A DNA stretch of 64,000 nt from Eledone cirrhosa (GCA_964016885.1 OZ024748.1:60140001-60204000), one strand, 5' to 3'; positions 45,930-61,999 are shown, counted from the first letter of the stretch. Numbers and translations are program-made. Notes: generated by a model from the sequence alone, not told the origin.

Positions 45930-46321
45930 AAAATAATGATGATGACGATGATGATGATGTTAAGATGATGAGCTGTATTTTATAGTTTAACAACGAATGA
46001 TAGAAATAATAATTATGAAAAAAATCGGTGAGGATTTTTTTTTTTTCATTTGATTTCAAAATTGTTTACAAATTATTTTTTTTTTTTTACGTTTGTTACG
46101 TATTTTTTTTTACCATTTCAACGTGTTGTAGCAAAAGTTCAAAGTTGACAGTTTATGTAACAATGACAACAGTATATATCGTTCTCTCTATATATATGTA
46201 TATATATATATATAGATATATATGAATGTAGATATTTCTATACGTATATATTTATATATACACACATATATATACATATATATGCATACACACATATATA
46301 TACATACATATGCATACACAT

Positions 46322-46430
<109 letters not shown>

Positions 46431-46717
46431 CATATGTATATATTTATACATATATATATATATATACATATGTATATATTTTTACATATATATATATACA
46501 TATATATAAATACATATTTATATATATATATATATATACATACATATATATGTATTTATACACATACACATTATTGCATATATATACTTACATAAACATA
46601 TAATATATACCTATATATATATACGTACACATATATATATGCCTATACAAATGCATACATTCATATATATATTTATATCCATGCATACACACACATACAG
46701 ACACACACACACACACA

Positions 46718-46758
<41 letters not shown>

Positions 46759-47261
46759 TATTGCATGTGGAATGAAAGAGTTAAAGTGATGAAGTGTTGC
46801 TACCTGCTGCCTGAAGCTGGCTCTATCTCAGTCTCTCTTAGTCTCTGTATATCTAAATACCTATAGAATCTATAGAAGCCATTTTAAGCCAGCTATACGA
46901 CGCCACAAAGAAATGTCTTCATCTTTGGCTGTTAACGTTTATTACAGGCTATTCTTTGCTGTCTTAGAGTTTTAACAAGCGGCAATCAAAGAAAGAAAAG
47001 GAACGAGGCAACAAGCTGCATTGAAATACCTATCAATAGTTCATTTGAGATGGGAAACTTAGAGTGAATGGTTCGCGTGATAGAGGAGTTTTAATATAAC
47101 TGATGCGCAGTCTGTTTGATACGATTTGTCTATTTATTGTTTTTCTGGTTGTTTTTGTGTTTGTTTTTCTGGTTGCTGTTTTGTTAATTTTTAAAATGAT
47201 GAATTCGTTCTTATTCGTGTAGTGTATATGGTGAAATATACGTACAGGCAGAAACAAACAG

Positions 47262-47304
<43 letters not shown>

Positions 47305-47419
47305 TACACACACACATATATATATATGCATATAAATCTATCTATCTATCTATATATATATACACACATACACATATGTATATATATATATATATATGTA
47401 TATATATGTATTTACACAC

Positions 47420-47455
<36 letters not shown>

Positions 47456-47474
47456 GCAAATAAATCTATCTATC

Positions 47475-47507
<33 letters not shown>

Positions 47508-47817
47508 GCGTGTGTGTGTGTGTATATATAAATATACACACATATATGTATATATATGTATATACATACACACACATACATACATATATGTATATACATA
47601 CACACGCATACATACATATATGTATATACATACACACACATACATATATGTATATACACACACATACATATATGCATATACACATACACATATATATATG
47701 TATATACACATACACACATATATATGTATATACACATACACACATATATATATATGTATATACACACACATACATATATATATATGTATATACACACACA
47801 TACATACATATATGTAT

Positions 47818-47862
<45 letters not shown>

Positions 47863-47921
47863 TATACATACACACATACATATATATACGTATATACGCA
47901 CACACACATATATATATGTAT

Positions 47922-47968
<47 letters not shown>

Positions 47969-47995
47969 CACACATACATATATATACGTATACAT

Positions 47996-48032
<37 letters not shown>

Positions 48033-48038
<6 letters not shown>

Positions 48039-48100
48039 TGCAATCTAGATTGCATATTTAATAGATCTTGGAATTCTTCACCATCCCGACATTTCTCAAG
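48033..48100 (+). mobile_element. Miniature fold-back island
   Basis: Perfect palindrome taaatatgcaatctagattgcatattta plus 40-bp tail, TA flanks. Confidence 0.55.
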
Positions 48101-48173
48101 TATATATATATATATATATACACACATACATAGATATGTGTATATATACATATATATATATATATGTATGTAT

Positions 48174-48204
<31 letters not shown>

Positions 48205-49283
48205 CACACACATATGTGTGTGTTTGGGTGTGTGTATGCGTACATTGGGGTGAATGCACGTGTGGATTTGCAAGCATACACAATTAAGTAACAAACAAGA
48301 TCTATAAATGGATTACTTTCTCTCTCTCTATCTCTCTCTCTCTCTCACTCTCTCTTTCTCACTCCCTCCCTCTTATATATATATGCGTGCGTGCGTGCGT
48401 GCGTGCATGTGTGTGTGTGTGTGTGTGCGTGTGTGTGTGTGTGTGTGCATCTGTGTAGATGTGTACATCTGACTTGTTGCTTACGAATCCACCCTTGTGA
48501 GAGGTATCTCATTTTCTCCAAAATTAGCTTTTGTCTTTCTCTGTATCCTTTTCTTCGATTTTTCGTTTAACAAACATATTCATACACACTCACACATACC
48601 ATACATATACACTTACACAGGCACATGCACACACTCAAACACATTCACACACACACACAGAAAAATGCATTCTCACAGTCACACACACACATTCACAAAT
48701 ACACACATATACCATACACAGACAGATACAATCACACACACACACACACACACAGAAACACACTCAAACACATTCACACACAGACACACACAAATGCAAT
48801 CCCACAAACACACATACACACACATACCATAGACAGATACACACACAGAGGAACAAACGCATTCCCACAGAGACACACGCTGACACTCACAAACACACAA
48901 ACATACATACACACATACAAACACACATACATATATACACACACATACAAACACACACTCACACAAACACATACAAACTGACACATAGAAACACACGCAT
49001 ACAAACACACACATTCAAACACACACATACACGGCACTGTTTTCTGCTTAAAAAAGAAATGAAAAAATCAATACTAGTTATGGAGATTATATTTAAATAG
49101 TGAGACAGCTGATGATCTGACTCTTACTAGTAGAGATGTATGTATGTATGTGTGTACGTATCTATATACGAATACTTGTGTGTATGTATGTATGCATGGT
49201 TATATACATGGATTTTTGTTTATATATATTCATACACACAATCATATGTGTATATATCTAATATCTATCTATCTATTTATATA

Positions 49284-49721
49284 GTCAGATAAGCAAAAAA
49301 TTGCTTATTGTGATCCAGTTCTTGGTTAAGAAAGCCAGTTTCATGGATGCTTTCAACGTACGGTTAGGGGTAACTCCACAAGTTTGTAAGAATTCCGTTC
49401 AATCTTGGAGTATACAGTATAAAAGAGAAAACATTGGTAAGCATTAAGAGAAGGATTTTATCCAGGTATTTACGACCGTTTCATTGGTAAGTGCAACCTT
49501 ATATTGCTATACTGCAAATAGCAGCCACTCAAATATAATTGTTGTTCACAGTCCAAATTTTCAAAATAGGACTTGAAAATTTGGGCTGTGAACAACAATT
49601 ATATTTGAGTGGCTGCTATTTGCAGTATAGCAATATAAGGTTGCACTTACCAATGAAACAGTCGTAAATACCTGGATAAAATCCTTCTCTTAATGCTTAC
49701 CTGTGTTTTCTCTTTTACACT
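49284..49721 (-). mobile_element. Fold-back half-hammerhead element, 149-bp arms
   Basis: Inverted repeat 49416-49564/49573-49721; ccaat-GAAA-c(a/g)g-TC-gtaa on both strands. Confidence 0.75.
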
Positions 49722-49808
49722 ATATCTATTTATATATATATATATTATATATCGATATATATGTCTATATATATATATAAATCGATGTATGTATCTCTCT
49801 CTCTCTCT

Positions 49809-49889
<81 letters not shown>

Positions 49890-50122
49890 TATATATATAT
49901 TTCGTTTCTGAATTTGTTTAGCAAGATTCTTTATCTGAAATCGTGTGTTGAAACCGATATTGTTATACTTTGGGAGGGTCATGTTGCCAATAAGAAACAC
50001 ACGCACCAGTTGCTTTCACTTCAATTTATTATATATTTATAAATTTATAAATTTACAAATCTACAAACTTATAAATTTCTGGTTGGTTGGTTGGTTCCAC
50101 AACCAGATAGTTGTTTATATAT

Positions 50123-50167
50123 AGTCATAGTCCTTTCGTCACACACTCTGTGACCTCTTCAGTGACT
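50123..50167 (-). ncRNA. Type I hammerhead (family B)
   Basis: agtca-CTGAAGA-g-gtcaca-gagtg-tgtgac-GAAA-ggac-TA-tgact. Confidence 0.87.
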
Positions 50168-50375
50168 GGGGATTCCTTTCTTTGTTTCTGTGCCTTTCCT
50201 TTCTTCTGTCCTACGCCATTTTGTTTCTGTGTGTGTGTTGTGTGCTCAGTTTGCGCATGCGCCACATCCGGGTGTCTGTGTGTGTTTGTGTTCATTTATC
50301 TATTTGTTTATTTATTTATTTATTTATTGTTGGTTGGTTGTTTGTTCTATGTGTGTGGGTGTTTTCATTTTGTCC

Positions 50376-50774
50376 TTAATTGTAAGTTGTGATGTTGCTG
50401 TTCCACTCATATTTTCTATTTAATTTTGGTTGTAATTCTTTTATGCTTACTGCCTCTGTAATTTGCCTAAACATTGCATCTTTTCTGTGTGTGGATTCTA
50501 TTTTTATTTCTATGTTCTCTAATTTACCCCTGTGTTCTATCTTAGCATGTTGGTAGAGCACAGCTGATTCTTTATTATCGTGAAGGTCTCGCCAGTGTTC
50601 ATTTATTCGTTCCCCTATACTACGAGCTGTCTCACCTATGTACACTATATTTTTGTTTCTACATTGTCCTTCAGTACATCTTATGCTATACACTACATTT
50701 CTAGTTTTACAGTTAATATGGGGGCTTATTTTACAGGTTATACATCTCTTATCTATACATGAGGGTCTTTGGAA
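50376..50774 (-). CDS. PLE Cys-rich linker plus GIY-YIG endonuclease (5'-truncated, open frame)
   Basis: [73 protein letters not shown]; VVY/YIG, catalytic R/E/N, CCHH. Confidence 0.92.
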   Translation of the reverse strand, partial: FQRPSCIDKRCITCKISPHINCKTRNVVYSIRCTEGQCRNKNIVYIGETARSIGERINEHWRDLHDNKESAVLYQHAKIEHRGKLENIEIKIESTHRKDAMFRQITEAVSIKELQPKLNRKYEWNSNITTYN

Positions 50775-50918
50775 CCAACCAACCAGAAATTTATAAGTTT
50801 GTAGATTTGTAAATTTATAAATTTATAAATATATAATAAATTGAAGTGAAAACTACTGGTGCGTGTGTTTCTTATTGGCAACATGACCCTCCCAAAGTAT
50901 AACAATATATATATATAT

Positions 50919-51085
<167 letters not shown>

Positions 51086-51100
51086 AACATATGTATATAT

Positions 51101-51155
<55 letters not shown>

Positions 51156-51179
51156 ATTATATATATATATATATATAAT

Positions 51180-51213
<34 letters not shown>

Positions 51214-51287
51214 AGCATACATATATATATATAAATAAGCATACATATATATATATAAATATATATATAAATATATATATAAATATA

Positions 51288-51725
51288 TACGATATTAAAC
51301 AAATGGAAACTACATTTATAAAACCATATTTATTTCATTATATATATTTCAGGGATATCATATTAAAAATATGGTATGCCTTCTTCAGACAAAATACAAT
51401 ATATAAACAGTTTTATAAATAAATTTGACATACCTTAAAACTTTACAACTTCCATTTAAAAAGTTGTTAAATGGAAGTTGTAAAGTTTTAAGGTATGTCA
51501 AATTTATTTATAAAACTGTTTATATATTGTATTTTGTCTGAAGAGGGCATACCATATTTTTAATATGATATCCCTGAAATATATATAATGAAATAAATAT
51601 GGTTTTATAAATGTAGTTTCCATTTGTTTAATATCGTAAAATACTCCAAAACCAGTTGAGTGCTTTTATATCAGTTATAAAATATTTACTCGTTGTAACC
51701 CAACAATTTTAAATAAAACTTTTGC

Positions 51726-51726
<1 letters not shown>
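51288..51726 (+). mobile_element. Family D PLE end with inverted arm (172-bp arms)
   Basis: Inverted repeat 51288-51459/51467-51638 plus 88-bp tail. Confidence 0.88.
51532..51593 (+). ncRNA. Hammerhead (mirror copy 51333-51394 on minus)
   Basis: ttttgt-CTGAAGA-gggcataccatatttttaatatgatatccct-GAAA-tatata-TA-atgaaa. Confidence 0.8.
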
Positions 51727-51758
<32 letters not shown>

Positions 51759-51763
51759 AACAT

Positions 51764-51821
<58 letters not shown>

Positions 51822-51903
51822 ATATATATATATATATAAACATATATATATATAAATATATATATATATAAATAAATATATATATATATATATATAAACA
51901 TAC

Positions 51904-51951
<48 letters not shown>

Positions 51952-51955
51952 ATAC

Positions 51956-52006
<51 letters not shown>

Positions 52007-52022
52007 ATTATATATATACATA

Positions 52023-52438
52023 CATAATATAAGATCAAAAGATGGTTAAAGGAGTTCCATATATTTTATTATGCGCATTTCAAAAACAAACATCATCAAG
52101 CAATAATATTTGTGTTTTCATCAGATAAAACAGGAGAACATGATATGAAGGCTAAAAAAACACTTGTTGATAGTGCAGTTTTAAATCAACATATAACTGC
52201 ACTATCAACAAGTGTTTTTTTAGCCTTCATATCATGTTCTCCTGTTTTATCTGATGAAAACACAAATATTATTGCTTGATGATGTTTGTTTTTGAAATGC
52301 GCATAATAAAATATATGGAACTCCTTTAACCATCTTTTGATCTTATATTATGCATACTCCAGTCCCACAAACTGTAGAGTGCTTCTTATCCGATATCTGC
52401 ATTGCTTTATTGTACTACAATAAAACTCACCTCCTACA
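52023..52438 (+). mobile_element. PLE end with inverted arm (158-bp arms)
   Basis: Inverted repeat 52023-52180/52195-52352 plus 86-bp tail containing AATAAA. Confidence 0.88.
52245..52311 (+). ncRNA. Hammerhead (mirror copy 52064-52130 on minus)
   Basis: ttttat-CTGATGA-aaacacaaatatt..gatgtttgttttt-GAAA-tgcgca-TA-ataaaa. Confidence 0.88.
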
Positions 52439-52460
52439 TATATACATACATATATATATA

Positions 52461-52492
<32 letters not shown>

Positions 52493-52777
52493 ATTATATA
52501 TATATATATATACATACATATATATATAATTATATATATATATATACATACATATATATATATATATATATAAATATATAAATATATATATATATATAAT
52601 TATATATATATATATACATATATATATATAAATATATAAATATATATATATATATAATTATATATATATATATATAAATATATATATATATAATTATATA
52701 TATACATACATATATATATATATATATAAATATATATATATATAATTATAATTATATATATACATACATATATATAT

Positions 52778-52808
<31 letters not shown>

Positions 52809-53034
52809 ATTATAATATATATATATATATATACATACATATATATATATAATTATAATATATATATATATATATATATAATTATAATATATATATATAT
52901 ACATACATACATATATATATATAATTATAATATATATATATATATATATATAATTATAATATATATATATATACATACATACATATATATATATATAATT
53001 ATAATATATATATATATATACATACATACATACA

Positions 53035-53145
<111 letters not shown>

Positions 53146-53157
53146 ATATATATATAT

Positions 53158-53359
53158 ATAGGAACAAGTAAGACCCCGACGGCTGAGCTCAAGCCGTTTC
53201 GACGGCTAATTCTGTACTGCAATACAGACTTAGCCGTCGAAACGGCTTGAGCTCAGCCGTCGGGGTCTTACTTGTTCCTATTACCCACTCTACTACCCTA
53301 AGTATTGAGTACTTTGGTGCGTTATGGTCCACCTGGTTCCTTACCACATTTCCTTCGTA
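53158..53359 (+). mobile_element. Family A fold-back PLE end
   Basis: Inverted repeat 53158-53216/53223-53281 plus tail. Confidence 0.82.
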
Positions 53360-53367
53360 ATATATAT

Positions 53368-53456
<89 letters not shown>

Positions 53457-54014
53457 TGTGAGTATAGACATATCAGATTAAATAACACATAGAAACAGAC
53501 AGAGATGTTTTATAAAGTGAAAAAGATGTAAAACTGATTATGAAAAATATGAGTCCATGACGTCACACAGCAATATATATGTATATATAATAAATTCAAT
53601 TAATTTCTTTATTCGTAGAAATATTTGATAATATATCATTTCGTAATACAATATCAAAATCAATACGTAATAATTCCTATGTGTATAATAACTCATCGAT
53701 ATTAAGAAAATCTCTCGATTGTTCTTTCCCATTAGAATTAATCACCTGATATTACCATTTCACAGTAGAAAATCCTGTCTTTAATAGCCCTTTCCGTTGA
53801 GGTCAAATGATCCAATTGATTTTAATGCCGATGGAATATATTAGATACTCATTGAAAAAGGGACCAGCAGGTTTCTATACGTATATCTTTTTGTCCTGGG
53901 TCCCATTGTTTTGTGTAAATGTTTAAATGTATAGAATGGAGTCGTGTCACCTTACTGACGCTACCATATATATATTTATATATTTTTGTATCTCTATGTA
54001 ATAGGTGTGTATGA

Positions 54015-54119
<105 letters not shown>

Positions 54120-54212
54120 GCATATATATATACACAAGTGTACCTAATTATATATATATATACAATTAGGTAGACTTGTGTATATATATGCATATCTACA
54201 CACACACACACA

Positions 54213-54259
<47 letters not shown>

Positions 54260-54356
54260 CACCCACACACACACATATAAGTATATAAGTGGTTAAACTT
54301 CTATATGTTTTCATTGTAGTGTGTTGTTTGCATTGTTTCTTCCGTTTACGTTTTGC

Positions 54357-54449
<93 letters not shown>

Positions 54450-54466
54450 TGTATACATATGTATGG

Positions 54467-54531
<65 letters not shown>

Positions 54532-54974
54532 TATATATATATATATACACATACATATATATACGCTTACCTATCACCCCCTCACCTTTCTCCAATCTGA
54601 TCATAATACACATACTCTATATAATCCCCTTTATAATAAATCATGATTAACAATTTCAAAATGAAATAAAACCTTGACATATCTCCGTTAGCTACTGATT
54701 TGATGTGATAGCCTGTTCGAACTTCGATTGATTTGATGTAATTACTGGAACAAAAGGAATCATATTAGGTGAAATGTTGTAATTTCCTGCCTATTACGAT
54801 AACGGATTATAATAGGTTGGGTGACTTCTCGTCTTATTGAATCAAACAGTTATAAATGTTATATATATGAAATAGGTTAAGGAGCGTAAGAGGCACCGCC
54901 ATGCCGGATTTAATGACATATTTTATTATTGTTGTTGTTATTGTGATCGTAGATGTTGCTATGTGTATATCGAG

Positions 54975-55178
54975 AGTCGATCGATTTTCGTCAAATCATA
55001 CCGAGAAAACAATGTTCCCATTGGTCTTTTCAATTGCTAATCCTCTGTATCGGTCGCAACTCTAGGTAGAAGGAGCATCGTGAAATAAAGTGTCTTGTTC
55101 AAGGACATAACGCATCACCCTGTCCTGGAATCGAACTCCTAGCCTCATGATTGTGAATCCAATTCTCTATCCACTGGT
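54975..55178 (-). mobile_element. S2 SINE
   Basis: Homologous to 35516-35729. Confidence 0.8.
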
Positions 55179-55211
55179 TATATTTATGATAATAATTATT
55201 ATCATTATAGA

Positions 55212-55535
55212 GGGGGGGGGGGCAGTACCTTTGGAGTGTAACACACCATGCTTTGCAGCATAGAGTTACGACTCTTTATGATCTGAGTCCAAGACTTTGC
55301 CTTTAATTCTGGGGTCGATAATATAAAGCAACAGTAATGCACTGGCGTAATTGCTGTTCTTGTGCCAAAGGTAGATACAATTATAGAGTGCAGTGCATTG
55401 GTGTCATTGGTAGAGCGTAGGACAACGTGCTTTGTGGCATAGAGCTCCGGTCCTTTACGTTCTGAGTTCAAATCGTGCCGAAATTAGATTTCCCTTTTAT
55501 CCTTACAGGAGTAACCACGATAAATAAGGTACTTA
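55212..55535 (+). mobile_element. Two tandem degenerate S1 SINEs
   Basis: S1 head/core motifs at 55212-55383 and 55398-55535. Confidence 0.7.
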
Positions 55536-55846
55536 ATACACAAATTGAGGAAGAACAATTCAACCCCAAACACTATGAAACTTATATATACCAATATCTT
55601 TCTATATGAACAGGCATTCCTGTTGATATCGTACGAATAATCAGTTCTAGTAGTATAGAAGCCATTTCAATATTAAATGTTCATACTATAATGTGTGTAT
55701 ATATATATATTATTATGGCTTATGGTGGCATCTAGGTACACTTAACTCATTGATTGCACGCATATGACTCCATTTCTATAGAGAAACTTTCCACAAATTT
55801 AGTGTTCGCATTAATATATATTCTTTACCAAGCTATGTATGTATAC

Positions 55847-55904
<58 letters not shown>

Positions 55905-55996
55905 CACACACACACATATAGTGTTGCTGTAAAGCAAACAGACATACATATCTACACACAGAAGTAAACATAAGTTTATATATATATATATATATA

Positions 55997-56068
55997 TTAC
56001 AAAGGAATTGTGGTAAGATATCAGATGGACCATAACGCACCAGAGTACTCAATACTTATACTTTTTCC

Positions 56069-56070
<2 letters not shown>
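55997..56070 (-). mobile_element. Family A tail plus 12-bp inverted end
   Basis: ggaccataacgcaccagagtactcaatactta followed by tactttttccta. Confidence 0.72.
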
Positions 56071-56094
<24 letters not shown>

Positions 56095-56099
<5 letters not shown>

Positions 56100-56297
56100 G
56101 ATAACAAAGTATCTTTATAGGTAATCCAGTTAGAGGTTGTGAATACTTCGTATTATGGATACATTTAGAGTACGGCGTTGTTTGACGCACTGCTTCAAGT
56201 GTTCAGCAATTTTTAGACAACTTAATCAGTGAAACAAGTCTCAGACGGTAAATAAACCCCTTTTCTGTACTGTTGACCTTGTTATTCTTCACTCTGT

Positions 56298-56362
<65 letters not shown>

Positions 56363-56808
56363 AAAGGTAAACGGAAATAACAACAGAACCGGTACAGTAT
56401 ATGGAAGGGATATATTAGGTAAACGCTTGATATAGCAGGAAGAGGTTTTTAAGGTTTCGGACACTAGTCCTTCACCAGAAAAAAGAATGAAAAATAAAAT
56501 AGATTGAGGGTACGGGCGGGGTCGAAATCTAATTTGAAAAAAAGAAAAAAATGTCTTTAAAAGATTTGAGATTGGGCATATTGAAGGTACTAGTGAAAAA
56601 TAGACGGGTGAGAAGAAGAAGGCGGTGTAGAGGAAACGTGGTAGAGAGTCGTGGAATATTTAAATGCAAGAAGCAACGAAATATATGTACATGTATATAT
56701 ATATATAACGCCGTATATATACAACGCCGTACGCTAAAACTATCCATAATACGAAGTATTCACAACCTATAACTGGATTACCTATAACGATATTTTGTTA
56801 TCACTTAT
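56095..56808. mobile_element. Inverted-repeat element with nested PLE ends
   Basis: 56095-56180 inverted to 56722-56808; inside: gt-GAAA-caag-TC island (56181-56300) and family C copy (56360-56580). Confidence 0.7.
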
Positions 56809-56810
56809 AA

Positions 56811-56886
<76 letters not shown>

Positions 56887-57119
56887 TAAAACCTGGAACC
56901 TACACATGGTATAGATGAATGATCAATTCTGAGACGGTACTTGAAATTAGTAAAATTGCTTGTTTTCTGTTTGGTAATTCCATTGACTTCGAAAGTAGTC
57001 CTGAATATATATGCAATTTCCTTTCGTTGATTTGCTAGTACAGAACAAGTGAATGGTATGATGTATGCTTTGTAGGAACACACTTCCTGCAAAAAGTAAA
57101 CGGCTTTCCTTTAGTGCTA

Positions 57120-58511
<1,392 letters not shown>

Positions 58512-58573
58512 ATAAGAACGAGTAGGACCCCGACGGCTGAGCTCAAGCCGTTTCGGACTAATTCTGGACTAAA
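58512..58573. mobile_element. Family A single arm
   Basis: aagaacgagtaggaccccgacggctgagctcaagccgtttcg..aattctggactaaa. Confidence 0.75.
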
Positions 58574-58789
58574 ATATTGTTGTATCCCAACAAATTAAAT
58601 ATAACTTCTACATATATATATTTATATGTTTTTGTGTGATTGGGTTTTACTTTCATGGCAGCACCATAATATTTCTACTGATATCATCTTAGTCTGTAAT
58701 TAATAGACAAAACACCCGTCGGCCGCCATTTCCCAAACATTGAAAAATGTGTCGTCTCATATGCTGGTCATTTAGAGTATAAGGATTTC

Positions 58790-58976
58790 TCTGTTGGACA
58801 GCCATAAGATTAACCTGCTATTCCTGGCAACTTTAACCCGCAGCTGCAGTTAGAAATTCTGCTCTCCCACTGAGCAGATTGGAACAATGTACTGCCTTGA
58901 TCAAGCACATAACGCCTCGTTTGATTTAGAAAGTGATATCACGACCTCAAGTTCATGAGTCTAATCACCTAACGAC
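58790..58976 (-). mobile_element. Old S2-like SINE
   Basis: tgccttgatcaagcacataacgc..cacgacctcaagttcatgagtc. Confidence 0.5.
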
Positions 58977-60669
58977 CTTTGTGGGTCAAACAAATGTGTT
59001 TATATGTTGAAAACTAATACAAGGGGAATTGTATAGAAGAATAAAAATAAAAATTCCTTAAAGAAAATGTTGAAGTGAGGTAAAATAAGGTTTTAGAAAC
59101 CCTTGCAAACTATGTTAACCGGGCTGAGTTTATATATATTTTATACTAGTAGTGTATTTAATAATGAAAAAGAGCTATTATTGCTGTTTAGCAATTTAGA
59201 ATCTCCTAGAAGATCCTGAAGTGGATCATTAAGTGGTTTCTAAAGTCTTGATCTATTGATTATTTGAAACTATTAAATAGATATCGAAATAAATGTCGTT
59301 TATTTTCCTTTAGAAAATCTCGTGACGCTACTTCACAGTTTGATTGGGGTGCTTTAGCAAAAGAAATGTATTCGCTCTTTGCAATGGCGACCTGTAAGGG
59401 GATTAAATGAAATGTGTATGTCAGTTAATTTTTGAAGTGTCTTGCACTTGAGGTTTAATATAATGTAGCTTATTGTGTAGTGTATTGTATAGCGTATTGT
59501 GAGCTGCATTCTCCATAAAATGCTCTACCTTTACCACAGCTTGTTTCTCTATATAATGATTAATATTCGTTGCTGCTGAAGGCGAGAAGCCTTGAATTTA
59601 ACAAGAGTGCAATATAATGACTACTTGCTTAGGGAAATGGATTAGAAATTGGTTGAGGAAGACCATTATGAGTTTAACTTTCAATGAAATATATGAGTTT
59701 CTATGGGTTTAAATTTCTCAAGGATTTATACGACACAAATGTTGTAAATTATCTCAACTTTGAGATCTTTATGACTGGTAAAGTACGTACCGATATTGAA
59801 TTAATCGAATACAGCGAGGACTCTACAATAATTATTATAATTATAGCTTGTCAAAAGAAACTAATGAGATGGTAACATTTACTAGGGATGCCTTTAGCAA
59901 GAGAACATATAGTTAAGTAGGGGATTAACGAAGTGAGTAAAAAATAAATCAAGACAAAAAGACTGCCCCCAACGGCATACTACCATATTAGGTGTAATTA
60001 ATTTCGAGTTTTCTTTCTTGTCATTTGCGACAAGAATTATCCTTACCACTCATGTCTTTCCTCTTCAATATTGGTTTAGGGTGGTAATAAATATGTTATC
60101 TCTATTTAACTAAACGAAACTAATATTTTGGAGATTTTCAGCCGAAATCAGTGAAACAACAGTACACTTCCGGCAACAATCAGAAAGTGGTTGTGTAGTT
60201 TCGATCACTTGTGGAAGCAGTTTTTCTCTCTTTGCGTCTTCCAACCAACCACAAACATTACCATGTAGCAATTAGGAACAACATCAATGTTGTCAAATGG
60301 GTAATCTCATTACCCATCTAATGTTGCTTTTTACACCCTCCAAGTAGAGTATTATGAAGCAAGCTTGCCTGAGATTAAACGAATTCCAGTCCGGTAACGA
60401 CATATTGTAAGAGATACCCAGGTTTCTTCTTTGTTTTAGTTAAGGATGGAGGTTTAGCTTGAAGAGGATTTGGCTGCTATTTCTAGCTCCATGAATTACA
60501 TCCTTACGTAGAGTCATGCACGTTGATCCCAAATCGAATATCGAATACGTTTATGGTGTCTTGTAGAACATACACAATACTGTAGATTTTTAAACATAGC
60601 TACTCGCTGTCATCAGGTCAACGTAGACTTTCTTTTTCTTTTACAGACTTTTGTAGATTAAGGAATGGT

Positions 60670-60993
60670 TATACGTCGGTTTTGACGATGAGTGTTCTAG
60701 TTGTTCAATGAAAGGAACAACCTACTTGTGTTAATTTGATGCACGAGTGACTGAATATTCCGTAGATATTTGAACCATTAACATAATTTTCAGGATAAAT
60801 CCCAATGTCTTTTGAATTACAGACAGAGACCATCCAACGGATTTCTATGCTGTTTTCGCTTACCCAATTCGCCCCTCAAAGCTTGGTTCGAGCCGAGAGG
60901 ACGGTAAATGGCGTTTAACAAAGACGGCATGTCCTAGGATCAAACAAGATAGCTTAGGATTGCGTAACGAACATTGTAACTATTTGGCTATAC
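60670..60993. mobile_element. Two old SINE-like fragments (60670-60830 plus; 60835-60993 minus)
   Basis: First is homologous to 27890-28140; second ends in a degenerate reverse tRNA-like head. Confidence 0.5.
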
Positions 60994-61763
60994 AGATTCC
61001 ACATTGTATATTAAAAATTATATATTAACACACACATACACAAACACACAAACCCACACACAGACACATACATACACACCGATATACACACGCATAAAAA
61101 ACATACTCTCTCATCTATAATGATTAACATATGACGCAATTTACCAAACTTTAGTTATGTGAATATAGTTAGAGTTTGATAGTCTTCTTTGATACTTTTA
61201 TTATTATTATTATTGTTGTTGTTGTTGGTGGTGCTGTTTCTATAAACAATATGCTTCTGTAAAATATATTGACATAAGAAAGAGAGAACTTCTTGGAGAA
61301 TTTATTGGGGAATGGCGTGGAACAAAATTTCATTACATGCGAACAACATTGAAGCTAAAATGTCTGAACAATTAAAAAACAGCTTCTTGTCAATAATACG
61401 ATTTGGTGAAGAATGAAGAAAGTCTGCAGAATATTCATACTATGTTAAATAACAAGCCATTGGCCGGAAATTTCTGTATTTCACTGCGAGTTTCAAGATG
61501 GAAATCAGTAGGAATATTATTAGACACGAACGACAAAAGAAATGAAAGATATGAGAGAGTATAGTCTAGTGTATGGTGATGATGATTATAGTGGTGGTTG
61601 CTTTGGAGATGTTGTTGATGTAGATGGTGGAGGTGTTGGTGTTGGTGTTAGGATGATGTTGGTAGTGGAGGAGTGTGTTTTGTTTGTCGTCTGTCTTTTT
61701 TCAACTTGTTAATATATCGTCTGCTGAATAATCGACGGTAGGTTTTACGAATATAATATATAT

Positions 61764-61801
<38 letters not shown>

Positions 61802-61999
61802 AAGTGTGTGTAAGTGTGTGTGAGTGTGTGCGTGTACATATGCATATGTATGTAAATGTTTATAGATACGTGTATGAGAGAAATAAAGAGAAAATATAGT
61901 AATTTCTTGTATATTAAAATATATTTTCATTATATATATACATATATATATACATATATATATATACGTGTGTGTGTATATATATATATGTATATATAT

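Larger units (their letters stand above)
49900..50906 (-). mobile_element. Family B Penelope-like element, 5'-truncated with inverted partial pLTR
   Basis: GIY-YIG ORF, HHR, tail; 50770-50906 is an inverted copy of about 49957-50098; TA flanks. Confidence 0.95.

Noticed and set aside
56886-57092. 68-aa ORF in a TA-flanked island
   Set aside because: No recognisable motif or ribozyme core; left unassigned
58980-61700. Host exons in the microsatellite-poor stretch
   Set aside because: No convincing ORF or splice-bounded coding signal; short exons cannot be excluded without RNA data
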